Source of the DNA: Tetramitus jugosus
Taxonomy: Eukaryota > Protista > Heterolobosea
Reading direction: 5' to 3'
DNA length: 64,000 bases
Assembly (NCBI GenBank): GCA_937625935.1
Contig: OW569356.1
Span: 62,001-126,000 of the forward strand
Part shown: piece after piece, positions 10,317 to 20,483 of the stretch
Position numbering within the stretch: position 1 is the first letter of the stretch
Layout of the letters: the number at the start of each line of letters is the position of its first letter
Made by a program: the position numbers and the translations under genes
Notes under the pieces: model-generated
The model's input: the letters and a program-made list of their open reading frames with translations, nothing else
What the model was told of the DNA's origin: nothing
Database searches by the model: none

Positions 10317-12341
10317 ATGTCAAATCTTGGTGAATGCACCACACGGAGGAGGAAAATGACATTCACAACCACTCTATTCTTTTCTGCAATTGTTCTTTGT
10401 CTCTTCATCTTTTCATCTCACCAATTCGAAACCAATAACCACAGTCGTAATGACAATATGAATATTCCAGTGAGACCACTTTTGTTAATACCGGGTTTCG
10501 GTGCATCCATATTGGAAGCTCATCACAAAACAAACAAGTCTCAACCAGCCATTCGAGTGTTTGAGTCATTTGAAGAGTCACAAATGAAATTGGAACGTTT
10601 TTTGTTGTTCAAGTACTGTAGTGATTGTCTGGTGCCTGAATCGGTCAATCCGGACTACACGATTCAAGCACCCATCGATATCGATTCTGGTCTTTATGCA
10701 ATTTCCCGAATGAACCCCGACGGAACTGGTCCCGCCCGATTGTATTTCTACGACATGATTGAATTTTTGAAGAATGAGTTGGGTTATGTGCCAGGAAAAA
10801 CATTGTTTGCTTTTCCGTATGATTGGAGGTTGAATTCTGTTCAGATTTCTCCTCAGTTGCTCTCGTATGTGAAGAAAATTTTGGAGATTACAAAAGAAAG
10901 TGGCGCCACTTCTGTCGATGTGATTTCTCACTCTTACGGCGGAGTTTTGTTCAAGCAAACGTTGCTCAATCATGCCAAAGAGGCTCGTTCACTGTTTCAT
11001 ACCTATGTTTCGATTGCATCGCCATGGAAGGGCACTGGTATGGACACTCCGGCTAAATTGCTCATGGGTACCACTATGAACAATAGGGATTGGAATGAAG
11101 ATACGGTGAGAGCTATGCAGCTTGCTAGTCCATCCGTCTATGAACTCATCTCTCTGGCCTATTATCACTCAGTGAACAGCAATAAGAAGCACCAAGAGTC
11201 GCCACAACCATTGTTCTCCTATGAGGATGCAAATGGAGAGACTCACAAGCTAAATACGGAGCAAACGTTTGAGTTGATGAACCAGATTCTCAAGAATCAC
11301 TCTATTGTGGATTACACTGGTCAAAAACAAGATATTCCATTCAATATGAAACGTGTGGTTGACTTTGAGCATCAAGCAAACAAGTTTTTGAGCAAAGCAA
11401 GTGAAAATGGCTTGGAAAACACTCAACCAAGATATGTTTACAATATTGTGGGTGCCATGGTCGATACTATGATCTCTGCAAGAATTCTGGACCGAGTCAA
11501 CAACGTGTATGACATTGCCTATAATAACTCGACAAGATACAGCCCGGTTGATAAGGTGAGTGGTGATGGTCTTGTGCCTTTGTACAGCGGATCAGACAAC
11601 GGTTTCCACACATTGTTGACCACGTACAAGAGAAGCACTCACAACGGAATATTGCGTGAGAAGTCCACGTTTGAAGATTTGAGACAATTCTTGGGCTTTT
11701 CTTGTCCATTTTATGGCAGCTGGAACATGACTATTGTTGAGCCAATTGCCAATGAAACCCACTCTATTCGAGTGTCTGGTGATATCCTCTATTCTCATTC
11801 ACCACAACTCAGCATGAATGGTTCTGTTTTATCCAATACCTGGACCGGTCAGGCCATTGGTTCACTTGGTGGAGCTTCCTTTACCATTGTGCAGGCTAAG
11901 GATTGTCAATCATTCACAGGAACTTGGCACTATGGATGGATGATTAATAGTGTTCCAATTGTTGGTGTCCGAGTGATTGGTGAAGAGTGCACCAGTGATA
12001 GAGCATGTCATGTGGACAATGGAGAAGGTTCAAGAAAGTGCAGCTATGGATATTTAGCAACCACTTGCATGATCAAGAGCTGCGAGAAGGATTATATGAT
12101 GACTGTCGGTCAACCATATGCACGCTCACTTTGTGTACCCTCCGATACACACAAGAAGTCAAACTACAAATCGTGGCATGTTCTGTTGGGCTTGTTCTTG
12201 GGTGCTGTCGGTTTGCTCTTGTTTGTGATTGGTGCCTACGTCGCTGTGACTCTCATTGGAAGGTTTAGGGAGAGCAGAAAAGCCAAACTGTATGCTTCTT
12301 CAAACAATAGCTCCTACACCCAAATGCTAACAGAACATTAA
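10317..12341 (+). CDS. LCAT / phospholipase A2 group XV-like alpha/beta hydrolase, membrane anchored
   Basis: LLIPGFGAS, FPYDWR, lipase box VISHSYGG, GDGLVP and a His (STHNGIL); N-terminal hydrophobic segment and C-terminal TM. Confidence 0.85.
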   Translation: MSNLGECTTRRRKMTFTTTLFFSAIVLCLFIFSSHQFETNNHSRNDNMNIPVRPLLLIPGFGASILEAHHKTNKSQPAIRVFESFEESQMKLERFLLFKYCSDCLVPESVNPDYTIQAPIDIDSGLYAISRMNPDGTGPARLYFYDMIEFLKNELGYVPGKTLFAFPYDWRLNSVQISPQLLSYVKKILEITKESGATSVDVISHSYGGVLFKQTLLNHAKEARSLFHTYVSIASPWKGTGMDTPAKLLMGTTMNNRDWNEDTVRAMQLASPSVYELISLAYYHSVNSNKKHQESPQPLFSYEDANGETHKLNTEQTFELMNQILKNHSIVDYTGQKQDIPFNMKRVVDFEHQANKFLSKASENGLENTQPRYVYNIVGAMVDTMISARILDRVNNVYDIAYNNSTRYSPVDKVSGDGLVPLYSGSDNGFHTLLTTYKRSTHNGILREKSTFEDLRQFLGFSCPFYGSWNMTIVEPIANETHSIRVSGDILYSHSPQLSMNGSVLSNTWTGQAIGSLGGASFTIVQAKDCQSFTGTWHYGWMINSVPIVGVRVIGEECTSDRACHVDNGEGSRKCSYGYLATTCMIKSCEKDYMMTVGQPYARSLCVPSDTHKKSNYKSWHVLLGLFLGAVGLLLFVIGAYVAVTLIGRFRESRKAKLYASSNNSSYTQMLTEH

Positions 12342-12390
12342 AACCATAACACACAAATTAACCTTAAATATGTTCTCATTACTTGAGTAT

Positions 12391-15039
12391 TTATTCGTCA
12401 TCTTCCTCTTCTGGCACAAAGAATTCTTCCTCGTCTTCTTCTTCCTGAATTGTGTAACCGTATTGATCCTTGATGGACTTGCTTTCCTTGTCTCCATAAA
12501 CAACATCTCTGACACCTTCACCATATGTGAGATCAGCACCCACTGTCTTCTTACCCGTCTCTTTGTACATGATCCATTTGCTTAGAGCATCAGCAGATTG
12601 CTCATCTTCTCCATTGAGCTCAGAGTAGAGTCTCTCTAGGCGCTCCAATGGTGAAGATACGGCCACTTCTGACACTGGTTCGAATTCCAATTGATCATTC
12701 TTGGCGGCTTCAACCAACTCGTACAAGTAGTTCTTTGCGTAGACCTCACCTTCCTCAGGCGTCTCGAACATTCTCACGATAATCTTGATGCTATCTGTGT
12801 CTCTTAAGTATTTCGTTCCTGCAATAGCGATCAGTCTCTTCTTTTGGATGTCATTCAAACCTAGGTCCTTAACCTTGGCAGTCAAAACTACCTTTCTATC
12901 ACCCTTACGACGGAATCCGTCTGGCATGGCACTGATGGTCATTCTCTTGACAACTTTGCTCTTTAGTGACACTCTACCAGTCTTCTGTAATTGAGTTTCT
13001 CTATCAAAGTACTTCTTTGGTAAGATCAAGCTTCTAACTTGTTCTTTAACAGCAGGTGAGTTTTGAGTAATGGAGGTAATCTTCTCCAAAACAGGGAGCG
13101 ACATCAAGCCCTCTTGGATAGAATTCTTCGAAATAATTTCAGATCTAAGAATATCCGTCAACTCTTCCATTTGTTTGAGAACTTCGTGTTCTTGTTCGGT
13201 CTTCTTAGCTGACTTGGCGGCCTTCTGTAGGTGCGACACTTGAACTTCAGATTGCTTAATACCAAACTTTTGAAGCAACTCGTACACTTCATACACGTTT
13301 CTTCTCTTGTTTGTGTTCAGAGTCAGTTGCTCTCTTGGTTGAGAGAGTGTGGTATCCAATCCATGAATGAACTTCTTCAATCCTGCAGTCAAGGTTTGAA
13401 GCTTCTCCTTCGACAAAACAGCGTCAATTTCCTTGCTCAACTGAGCAGCCATGTTAGCTTGCAGTTGATTGAGTTGTTCTTGAGTGTCTTCAGGATGGAA
13501 GAAGGACATGAAGGAGTGTGGATTTTGGTACTTGGCCAACTGTTGCTTGTATTCAGCAGTCTCTCTGAGCTTCAAGTCAGCCTGAACCAACTTGCGCACA
13601 ATTTGCACAGCCTCAATCACATCACTGTTACCTGCGGCGGCTTGTTCTGCTTGCTTGAAAAGAATTTCACGTGCTTGTCCATCGACTTGATTGATTCTTG
13701 AGGCAATCTTGCTCACATCAGCATTGTAGAAATCAGCAGCGTGCAATTCGAGAAGCAAATTGTCTCTCTCCAATTGCAAAGTAGCAATTTGATGTTCTTC
13801 TGGTGACAAATAACTCTTTTGTTCCTCAGTAAACTTCTTGTTCAACTCTCTCAATGGAGCAGTGTATTGCAAATAAGTTTCCCATTGTTGCTTCAAGTGC
13901 TCTCTCAATGCGCTCACAATCTCGCCAAGTTGCTTCTTGTCGTTTGATCCGGATCGAATTTCCTTGTATTGTTGAATGAGGGGTTGAATCTCAAAAATGT
14001 TCAAAATCTCAGAAAAGGAGACAAAGGAAATTGGTGGCAAGTTCTTCACTTGAGCATAATATCTCTTCAAGTGCTCTTCTTCACGCGCATCCAGTGTCTT
14101 GGCAGCACTGGTTCTCAAAGATTCAGTCATTGCCTTGTATCTGGCAGCAACAGGAGACAATTTTTGTCCCTTTTTTTCCTTCTTGTACAAGGATTCGTAA
14201 TTGTGCGAGAAATCTTGTTCAATCTTCGTTATTCTTCTCATTGCTTCGGCTTCATTTGCATCTGCGTTTGTCTCACCCAACTTGTGGAACAGTTTTGATG
14301 CTTCCATATATGCTTCGATAGGATTTAATGTGTTAAATTCAGCTTCGACACGATCAAATGGATTCGTAGTCTCCAAACTCTTCATTCGTCTTTCGTATGA
14401 TTCTCTCAACTGTTGTTCAATATGCTTGCTATCCAATCTCTTAATCAACAAATCATCAATCACATTGGAGCTCTTTTGAGTCGCTTCCATCACCTTCAAG
14501 AAATTTTCTCTCTCTGCTCTCAGAACCTTCATGATTTCTTCTTCGGCAGATTGTTGTTTCTGTTGTGCATCAGAGGATTGACTATTCTTTGAGCTTTGAA
14601 TCAAACCAAGCAAAAGTGCTCGTGTTTGAGGTTCCATTCGCTGAGACATCAACTCAAAAGCTTGCACTGGATCTTCGGCCTCCCGCACATCCACCAACAA
14701 CTGTTTTAATTCAGGGTTCCAAAACTTGGTCTCCTTAGAGTCCAAAAGAGTCTGAAGCAAATCATTGGTGTTCTTTGTGTGATCATCGAGAATCGTAGTG
14801 GATGATTTTGACTCAAACAAATTCACCTGAATATGATCTGCGTGCTTAAAATCTGTGGTGATTCCACCGTTTTGTAATGTTTGATCCATTGCATGTTGGA
14901 AATATTTTCTTGTTGCTTCGTCCTTGTCCAATGTGTAGCGAATCGATGGTGGGAGCTCAGAGGTGGTTGGTGTCAAGCGAAGACTCTTCAATCCCTTGAG
15001 AGCTTTCCATGCATATCTCGTTGTTCTTTGTGGCTCCAT
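12391..15039 (-). CDS. MRPS35: Mitochondrial small-subunit ribosomal protein mS35-like with very long N-terminal extension
   Basis: C-terminal RKVVLTAKVKDLGL...KKRLIAIAGTKY...DSIKII...YLYELVEAAK matches the MRP-S28/mS35 (Rsm24) domain. Confidence 0.7.
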   Translation of the reverse strand: MEPQRTTRYAWKALKGLKSLRLTPTTSELPPSIRYTLDKDEATRKYFQHAMDQTLQNGGITTDFKHADHIQVNLFESKSSTTILDDHTKNTNDLLQTLLDSKETKFWNPELKQLLVDVREAEDPVQAFELMSQRMEPQTRALLLGLIQSSKNSQSSDAQQKQQSAEEEIMKVLRAERENFLKVMEATQKSSNVIDDLLIKRLDSKHIEQQLRESYERRMKSLETTNPFDRVEAEFNTLNPIEAYMEASKLFHKLGETNADANEAEAMRRITKIEQDFSHNYESLYKKEKKGQKLSPVAARYKAMTESLRTSAAKTLDAREEEHLKRYYAQVKNLPPISFVSFSEILNIFEIQPLIQQYKEIRSGSNDKKQLGEIVSALREHLKQQWETYLQYTAPLRELNKKFTEEQKSYLSPEEHQIATLQLERDNLLLELHAADFYNADVSKIASRINQVDGQAREILFKQAEQAAAGNSDVIEAVQIVRKLVQADLKLRETAEYKQQLAKYQNPHSFMSFFHPEDTQEQLNQLQANMAAQLSKEIDAVLSKEKLQTLTAGLKKFIHGLDTTLSQPREQLTLNTNKRRNVYEVYELLQKFGIKQSEVQVSHLQKAAKSAKKTEQEHEVLKQMEELTDILRSEIISKNSIQEGLMSLPVLEKITSITQNSPAVKEQVRSLILPKKYFDRETQLQKTGRVSLKSKVVKRMTISAMPDGFRRKGDRKVVLTAKVKDLGLNDIQKKRLIAIAGTKYLRDTDSIKIIVRMFETPEEGEVYAKNYLYELVEAAKNDQLEFEPVSEVAVSSPLERLERLYSELNGEDEQSADALSKWIMYKETGKKTVGADLTYGEGVRDVVYGDKESKSIKDQYGYTIQEEEDEEEFFVPEEEDDE

Positions 15040-15416
15040 AATTATTTTGATTATTTGTTTTTTTTGCGTGTTGTTTGTTGAGAAAAATGTGGATGATGAT
15101 TGTTAATGGATAAAGTACGTTGTTGTCTTCGTCTTCGTTCAATCAATCAATGAAAAAAAAAATAGGAGCTCTTCTTTTCTTGCAATCAAACAATGCTTTT
15201 GACGGGAATGCTTGTTTGCGGGTGATGATTGCGTTCTGTGCTGTGTGAACAAATTTCTCCAGTCAACCGGATTATGTAGGACTAAATTTACAAGAAAACG
15301 ATTGAACAATCAATCTCAAAAAAAAAACAACACCACACGCACAATCACCCTATCACAAGTCCCCAAACGTGGTCCCAGCTATCTTATCAATCTCCTCTCA
15401 TTCTTTGATCATCACA

Positions 15417-15818
15417 ATGTCTTCTGTAGAACAACAAGAACAACCACAACAAACTCAACAACCTAGCAACAAGATTCTCATCTCACGAAGCAAAACTTTG
15501 CATTTTTATGTTCACTTAGCAAAGAGATATTTGCAAGAACAAGGCACCATTGAATTGAGTGGCCTTGGTCAAGCAATTAACACTGTTGTGAGCTGCGCCG
15601 AGATTTTGAAGAACCAAAATTTGGCTGAGATCACAAACATTGAGACTTCGACCACACAACTTCGCAGCAACGAAGACGAAGATGTTCAATTCAGTAAGGC
15701 AAAGATCCAAGTCACTCTCAAAAAGAGCGACAAGTTTGATGAGCTTATGGCTCAGGAGCAAAAGGAGATTGAAGAGAGAAAGATTGCCAAGCAAGCTCAA
15801 GAACAAAAGAGCGCCTAA
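15417..15818 (+). CDS. Alba-domain DNA/RNA-binding protein
   Basis: KILISRSK...FYVHLAKRYL...IELSGLGQAINTVVSCAEILK...KAKIQVTLKK is the Alba signature. Confidence 0.9.
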   Translation: MSSVEQQEQPQQTQQPSNKILISRSKTLHFYVHLAKRYLQEQGTIELSGLGQAINTVVSCAEILKNQNLAEITNIETSTTQLRSNEDEDVQFSKAKIQVTLKKSDKFDELMAQEQKEIEERKIAKQAQEQKSA

Positions 15819-16539
15819 AAAGCTTTTTCCAATCCTCCCATAACTTCAATAAACATTTTGTACAAATACACTGCAGCCGAGGATGTCGGGAATTTCTTTT
15901 TTTTTCGTTGGACTATTTCCAACTGACGGGTCAGGTTGTACGCGCTGTACCATTCTCAAACAAGACTATTCATGTGCCGGCATTCTTATCATTTTGGGTG
16001 ATTGTTGACAGGTTAGACTCACAAATTAAAGGATTCACAATGAGCAGATGTGGATCGAATAACCGGTCAATTCATCAAATATCATCCAAGTTATCTATTA
16101 AAAAAATGTTGGATGCCAATATTTTGGTTTCGTGTCGAAGCCGAACACCAGATCTGTTTTTAGAACCACCCGCAGACAACAAGAATTGGGCTGATGGATG
16201 CGTCACCTGGCAGTGAATTTTTTGCTGTTTTTGAGGCGTGGCCTGGAGGACATTGTGAAAAAACAATACACACACGAACCTATATTCACATCAACACAGC
16301 TCTATCTCTCTCGGTGATCACCTTGTATTCGGTTGAGAACTCCTCCTGACATTACACCACTAGGACACTCTTTTCTCTAAGGCACGAGCCCTTCACCTCT
16401 CTCCTGCTGAACAATCGCAAGTACCTTCCACACTACCACCATTTGTAATATACATTGATTGAAGATAATACCATCCAGTCGCCTTACCCATCTCATTGCA
16501 CCATTCCACTTAATCATCCAATCATCCAAACACATTATC

Positions 16540-18111
16540 ATGAGCAAGAGTAAGTATTTCCACATTCCAAAAATAGATTGTTGTAAACAAAGATCCGACT
16601 CTGACACCCAGTTTCTTTTGGCAACTACAGAACAAATCATTCTCAGTAAGGCAAAGGTTGAATTCGAACAGAGAGCCAAGGAACAAGGCGAATCCATTCA
16701 GTTCAACATTTGTGTCCCCCATTGCGGTGACATCTCTTGTCAGTCCTCCACCACTACGACAACAACAACTGTCGTCACACCACCACACAAGAAGAGAAGG
16801 CTTGAACAGAACTCCATGTCCACACAAGAGGAAGAAGAAGAAGAGAGTAGACCTGTAGTAGATGGATGCGGTGCGTTCAACACACACTACAGCACTCAAT
16901 CATCACCTCCTCCGCTCCCATCAACCAACTGTACTGAAGATGTCAAGATGAATCCTCTACCGGCTCCAAAGTACCTCCCTAGATCCCAATGGCCTTCTTT
17001 CCCATCCTCCGTTACTCCATCGTACCCGGAATCCACCTCAAACACATCATCCCACACTGGTACACGCATCTATCATTACCACAGCAACCCTCCTGTCGTG
17101 GTTTATCCCGGTAGCACTCACAGTTACCACCACAATCACCACAGCAGCACTTCCTTGTTCATGAGCACGAGGTCAACAGAGACAAGACTCCCTTCCATCA
17201 TTTCCTCCGAAGAACCATCATCCCACATGTATACTACAGATTTCAGTAAGATGAGCTCCAGCAATACAACCACAACCACAGCTAGGGACAATGAAAAACC
17301 CTTGTCCAACATTGCTTCCTTCCTGCAATCTGTTTCGCAGACTGCCCAATCTAGTCCACAACTCATGAAATCATGTGTCACTAGTGTACCTCAAACCATT
17401 GGAGTACAATCTGTAATCCCTGTTGCATTCAACTCGAATTGCAACAGCCATGTTGTTCCTCCAACTTCCAACAACACCTGCTTCCCATCCAATTCTTCCC
17501 ACCACACTGAACACTCCACCAAGCGTCAGACAACTCCACCACCCAAAACCACCAGAAGAAGAAGTTCAAGTGCAGCACAAAACAGTGTTGCTTCAGCACA
17601 GGAGAACGTGGGTCAACAAGTACTATGTTGCCTCGTTGGTTGCACAAATCCAGTGACGAATCGATTAAGATTCAGTCTCAGATGTCACGGTGAAGGAGAT
17701 TTCAAATCAGAGATGATCTCAAAGGGAATGAACAAGGTTTGCCACTATCACTACTTTGCCGATCTGTACCAATTCAAGAAGGCTACCAAGGGTGGTGTCA
17801 ACTCGGGCTTGAACAAGAAGTCCACCCTCTCACCTAAGAAACCTTCGAATTCACAATTGGGAAAGAGAGGCAGGAGAAGTACGTGTGATGTTTCATTTCT
17901 TTCCACGACGCAACAGGAAGAAGGTTCATCGACATTGCCAGTGACGCACAACAATTCGACAAAGTCAACAGTAGTCGTATCTTCGGCTTCCCTTGCTGTG
18001 ACTTCTCAAAGATGTTCTACCACCCCTGTGAAAACAGAGGATGCAAACATCTTTTTCAACTTTGTTGAATTGAATCGAAAGTCCAACCAACAACAGAGAA
18101 CTATTCTATAG
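16540..18111 (+). CDS. S/T/P-rich, probably nuclear protein with a C2CH (THAP-like) zinc-binding motif
   Basis: Low-complexity protein with KKRR-type NLS and CCLVGCTN...KVCHYHY. Confidence 0.6.
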   Translation: MSKSKYFHIPKIDCCKQRSDSDTQFLLATTEQIILSKAKVEFEQRAKEQGESIQFNICVPHCGDISCQSSTTTTTTTVVTPPHKKRRLEQNSMSTQEEEEEESRPVVDGCGAFNTHYSTQSSPPPLPSTNCTEDVKMNPLPAPKYLPRSQWPSFPSSVTPSYPESTSNTSSHTGTRIYHYHSNPPVVVYPGSTHSYHHNHHSSTSLFMSTRSTETRLPSIISSEEPSSHMYTTDFSKMSSSNTTTTTARDNEKPLSNIASFLQSVSQTAQSSPQLMKSCVTSVPQTIGVQSVIPVAFNSNCNSHVVPPTSNNTCFPSNSSHHTEHSTKRQTTPPPKTTRRRSSSAAQNSVASAQENVGQQVLCCLVGCTNPVTNRLRFSLRCHGEGDFKSEMISKGMNKVCHYHYFADLYQFKKATKGGVNSGLNKKSTLSPKKPSNSQLGKRGRRSTCDVSFLSTTQQEEGSSTLPVTHNNSTKSTVVVSSASLAVTSQRCSTTPVKTEDANIFFNFVELNRKSNQQQRTIL

Positions 18112-18438
18112 TGTTTGTCTACTTTGGAGTTCAACGTTCTCTCTCTTGTAAACATACTTTTTCTCTTTTCTCACTCACCATCTCCATCTTCTTCTTCCTA
18201 TTCAATCTGTTTCCATAAAAACATGGCATTGTATTCACTTATTCCAATAATCCATCCAAAAATAATCAAAGGGAATCAACCAACACTTGAAGAACAACAA
18301 CAAGTTGAACGAATAAAAGCTTCCTATTCATTGATTGATCAACAAACAAACCAAATCACACAAAACAACAAACAAAACACCACCACTCACACACATACTT
18401 TCACAAAACTAACAAAACTAACAAACAAAAAAAAACAA

Positions 18439-19389
18439 ATGACAGAATTTCATGATTTGGGTGCTCACTGCAGTATACCTCACTGCCATGCCAAGGATTT
18501 TCTCCCATTTGAGTGCAACCTCTGTCATGCCACATTTTGTCTCGATCATCGATCCTACAATGATCACAAGTGCCCCATGTACGACGTCAATGACAACAAG
18601 ATTGCTTCCAAGCCTTCCAAAGCAACTACCTTAGCAAAGTCAAGTAAAGCTTCTTCTTCATCTTCAGCTCAAATGTGCACTGTGGATGCATGTAACAAGA
18701 GAGGTGTGATCAAGTGTAAATTTTGTTCAAAGGTGCACTGTATTGCTCATCGATTAGACATTGATCACAATTGTATTCCGAAAAGTAGCTCGAAAAAAGG
18801 AGCTTCTTCATCGATTGGAAGTGCGATTCTGGGCACATATTCCAACATGAATGAAAAATTGGCGGAGCTGCATCGACAGAATCAAGAACGGAGGGAAAAG
18901 AGGCAAAAATTGGAGATTGCCAAAGCAGTGTCCAGTGGTGATTATCAAAAACAGAGCAAAGTCCTGCAAAATTCGTTTGTCAACAAAAAAGGTCAACCGA
19001 TTGGTCAATCAAGTATCGAGTTTGAAGACAAATTTCCATTGGACGTCTATTTTCCAATGAAGAGTCGAGTACCGCCCGTTCACATGTTCTTCCATCGAAA
19101 TTGGAAGTTGGGACGAGTGTTGGACCAAGTGGCACGACAGGGCAAGATTGATAACAAGAATCATTTGACGTTGGACGAGGAAAAGAGACTCAATTTGTTT
19201 AATATTTCATCGACAGAGAGTTTGGAGCCGAATAAGACGTTGCAAGAGTTGCGAGATGTGGGTGCATTGATGCCGAACGATGGTGTCATTTTGGAGTTTG
19301 GCCCAGTGTTGAATCCGGAGATTACGGATGCGTTTCAGAAGGCTGTTCAAAATCCGAATGAAGCAGCAGCCAATTGTGTGGTCATGTAA
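18439..19389 (+). CDS. AN1-type zinc finger protein (ZFAND1/Cuz1-like) with C-terminal ubiquitin-like domain
   Basis: DLGAHCSIPHCHAKDFLPFECNLCHATFCLDHRSYNDHKC, a second AN1 finger, and a C-terminal MFFHRNWKLGRVLD...RLNLF region. Confidence 0.85.
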   Translation: MTEFHDLGAHCSIPHCHAKDFLPFECNLCHATFCLDHRSYNDHKCPMYDVNDNKIASKPSKATTLAKSSKASSSSSAQMCTVDACNKRGVIKCKFCSKVHCIAHRLDIDHNCIPKSSSKKGASSSIGSAILGTYSNMNEKLAELHRQNQERREKRQKLEIAKAVSSGDYQKQSKVLQNSFVNKKGQPIGQSSIEFEDKFPLDVYFPMKSRVPPVHMFFHRNWKLGRVLDQVARQGKIDNKNHLTLDEEKRLNLFNISSTESLEPNKTLQELRDVGALMPNDGVILEFGPVLNPEITDAFQKAVQNPNEAAANCVVM

Positions 19390-19518
19390 GGTTTAAAATG
19401 ATGATGATGATGTATCAGTCATGAATGACAAATTTCATCACATCATGAAAGACTCTTGCCAGGAGGATGTTCAGATGAGCTGAGATGCTTGATGTTCTGG
19501 TCGTTATTTTTCATTAGT

Positions 19519-20274
19519 TTATGTCACGTTCACTGGATGGAGTAATGACGAGGAGGAAACAGACGACGTTTCAAGTACTACTTGTCGTTGTTGTTGCTGT
19601 TGTGGTTGTATTAGCTGAGCATTCATCTTCTTATGCTGAACAAGCAAAGAGATTTGATCCTTGTCCTTGTTCAATGATTTGCACACGTTTTCAAAGTCAG
19701 TAATTGCGAGCCAACCATTCGCCATCTTGGACATAAAGTAACCACACCCTACGTACACTGCCGAGTGATAAATCTTGTTGAATGTCAAGTCTGTAAATCG
19801 GACAGCTGAACCAACAGCCAAGCAATTCAATTCCAGCGCAGTATACCGTTCATCTCCGTTCCAGTTGTCACAAACTGATTGAAACGGTGATCCATACGGA
19901 TAAATACCGTTCACATAATCGACAAAATCGTGACAAATCCACTCATCACCGTACTTGTCATGATCTCGAGTCAAATACCGTATTAAATTCTTACTCAGTA
20001 ATTCGTTGAGCACGACTCCTACATTATTCTTGTTTGGGCCGTGGTGAAACACGAGATGAACCTCTTGGAGTGACTCCTCTGTCTTGCATGGTGGCAACTG
20101 GGACAACTGGGATGAGTGAAAGGGAAGCCAAATGGGATCATCGGTTCCTCGGACAAAGTGAAAGTGAGTCAGTGGACCATGTACCTCGGTTGATGAATCC
20201 TTGAACCGCAAGATACATTGCGTGTGCAAGATGTCACAATGCAAATAAAGAATACCCATGTTATGTTGTGTCAT
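19519..20274 (-). CDS. Hypothetical protein with NlpC/P60-like papain-fold catalytic motifs
   Basis: WICHDFVDYV ... GSAVRF ... YHSAVYVGCGYFMSK. Confidence 0.55.
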   Translation of the reverse strand: MTQHNMGILYLHCDILHTQCILRFKDSSTEVHGPLTHFHFVRGTDDPIWLPFHSSQLSQLPPCKTEESLQEVHLVFHHGPNKNNVGVVLNELLSKNLIRYLTRDHDKYGDEWICHDFVDYVNGIYPYGSPFQSVCDNWNGDERYTALELNCLAVGSAVRFTDLTFNKIYHSAVYVGCGYFMSKMANGWLAITDFENVCKSLNKDKDQISLLVQHKKMNAQLIQPQQQQQRQVVLETSSVSSSSLLHPVNVT

Positions 20275-20483
20275 TTGTCAAAACGAGGAAGAATTTTTGT
20301 TTTTGTCATTCCGACAAAGGTCTATTTCGGTTTTTGTTTTTGATTGGAAGATGAAGGAGCTCAATATCTTTCTACGATTGGAAACAATCTCATATTTACA
20401 ACCTTGTTCAACAGAGTTACAAACCTCTCCGAGTGTTATTGTCCTTCTTCTCCTGCTAGTTGTGTGGGAAGGAGAATGCTATC

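Noticed and set aside
15880-16450. Possible snRNA/snoRNA (AAGACTAT start, AATTTTTTG Sm-like site) or 102-aa ORF
   Set aside because: No convincing match to U1-U6 or U3 conserved boxes, and the ORF has a non-ATG start and no family motif.
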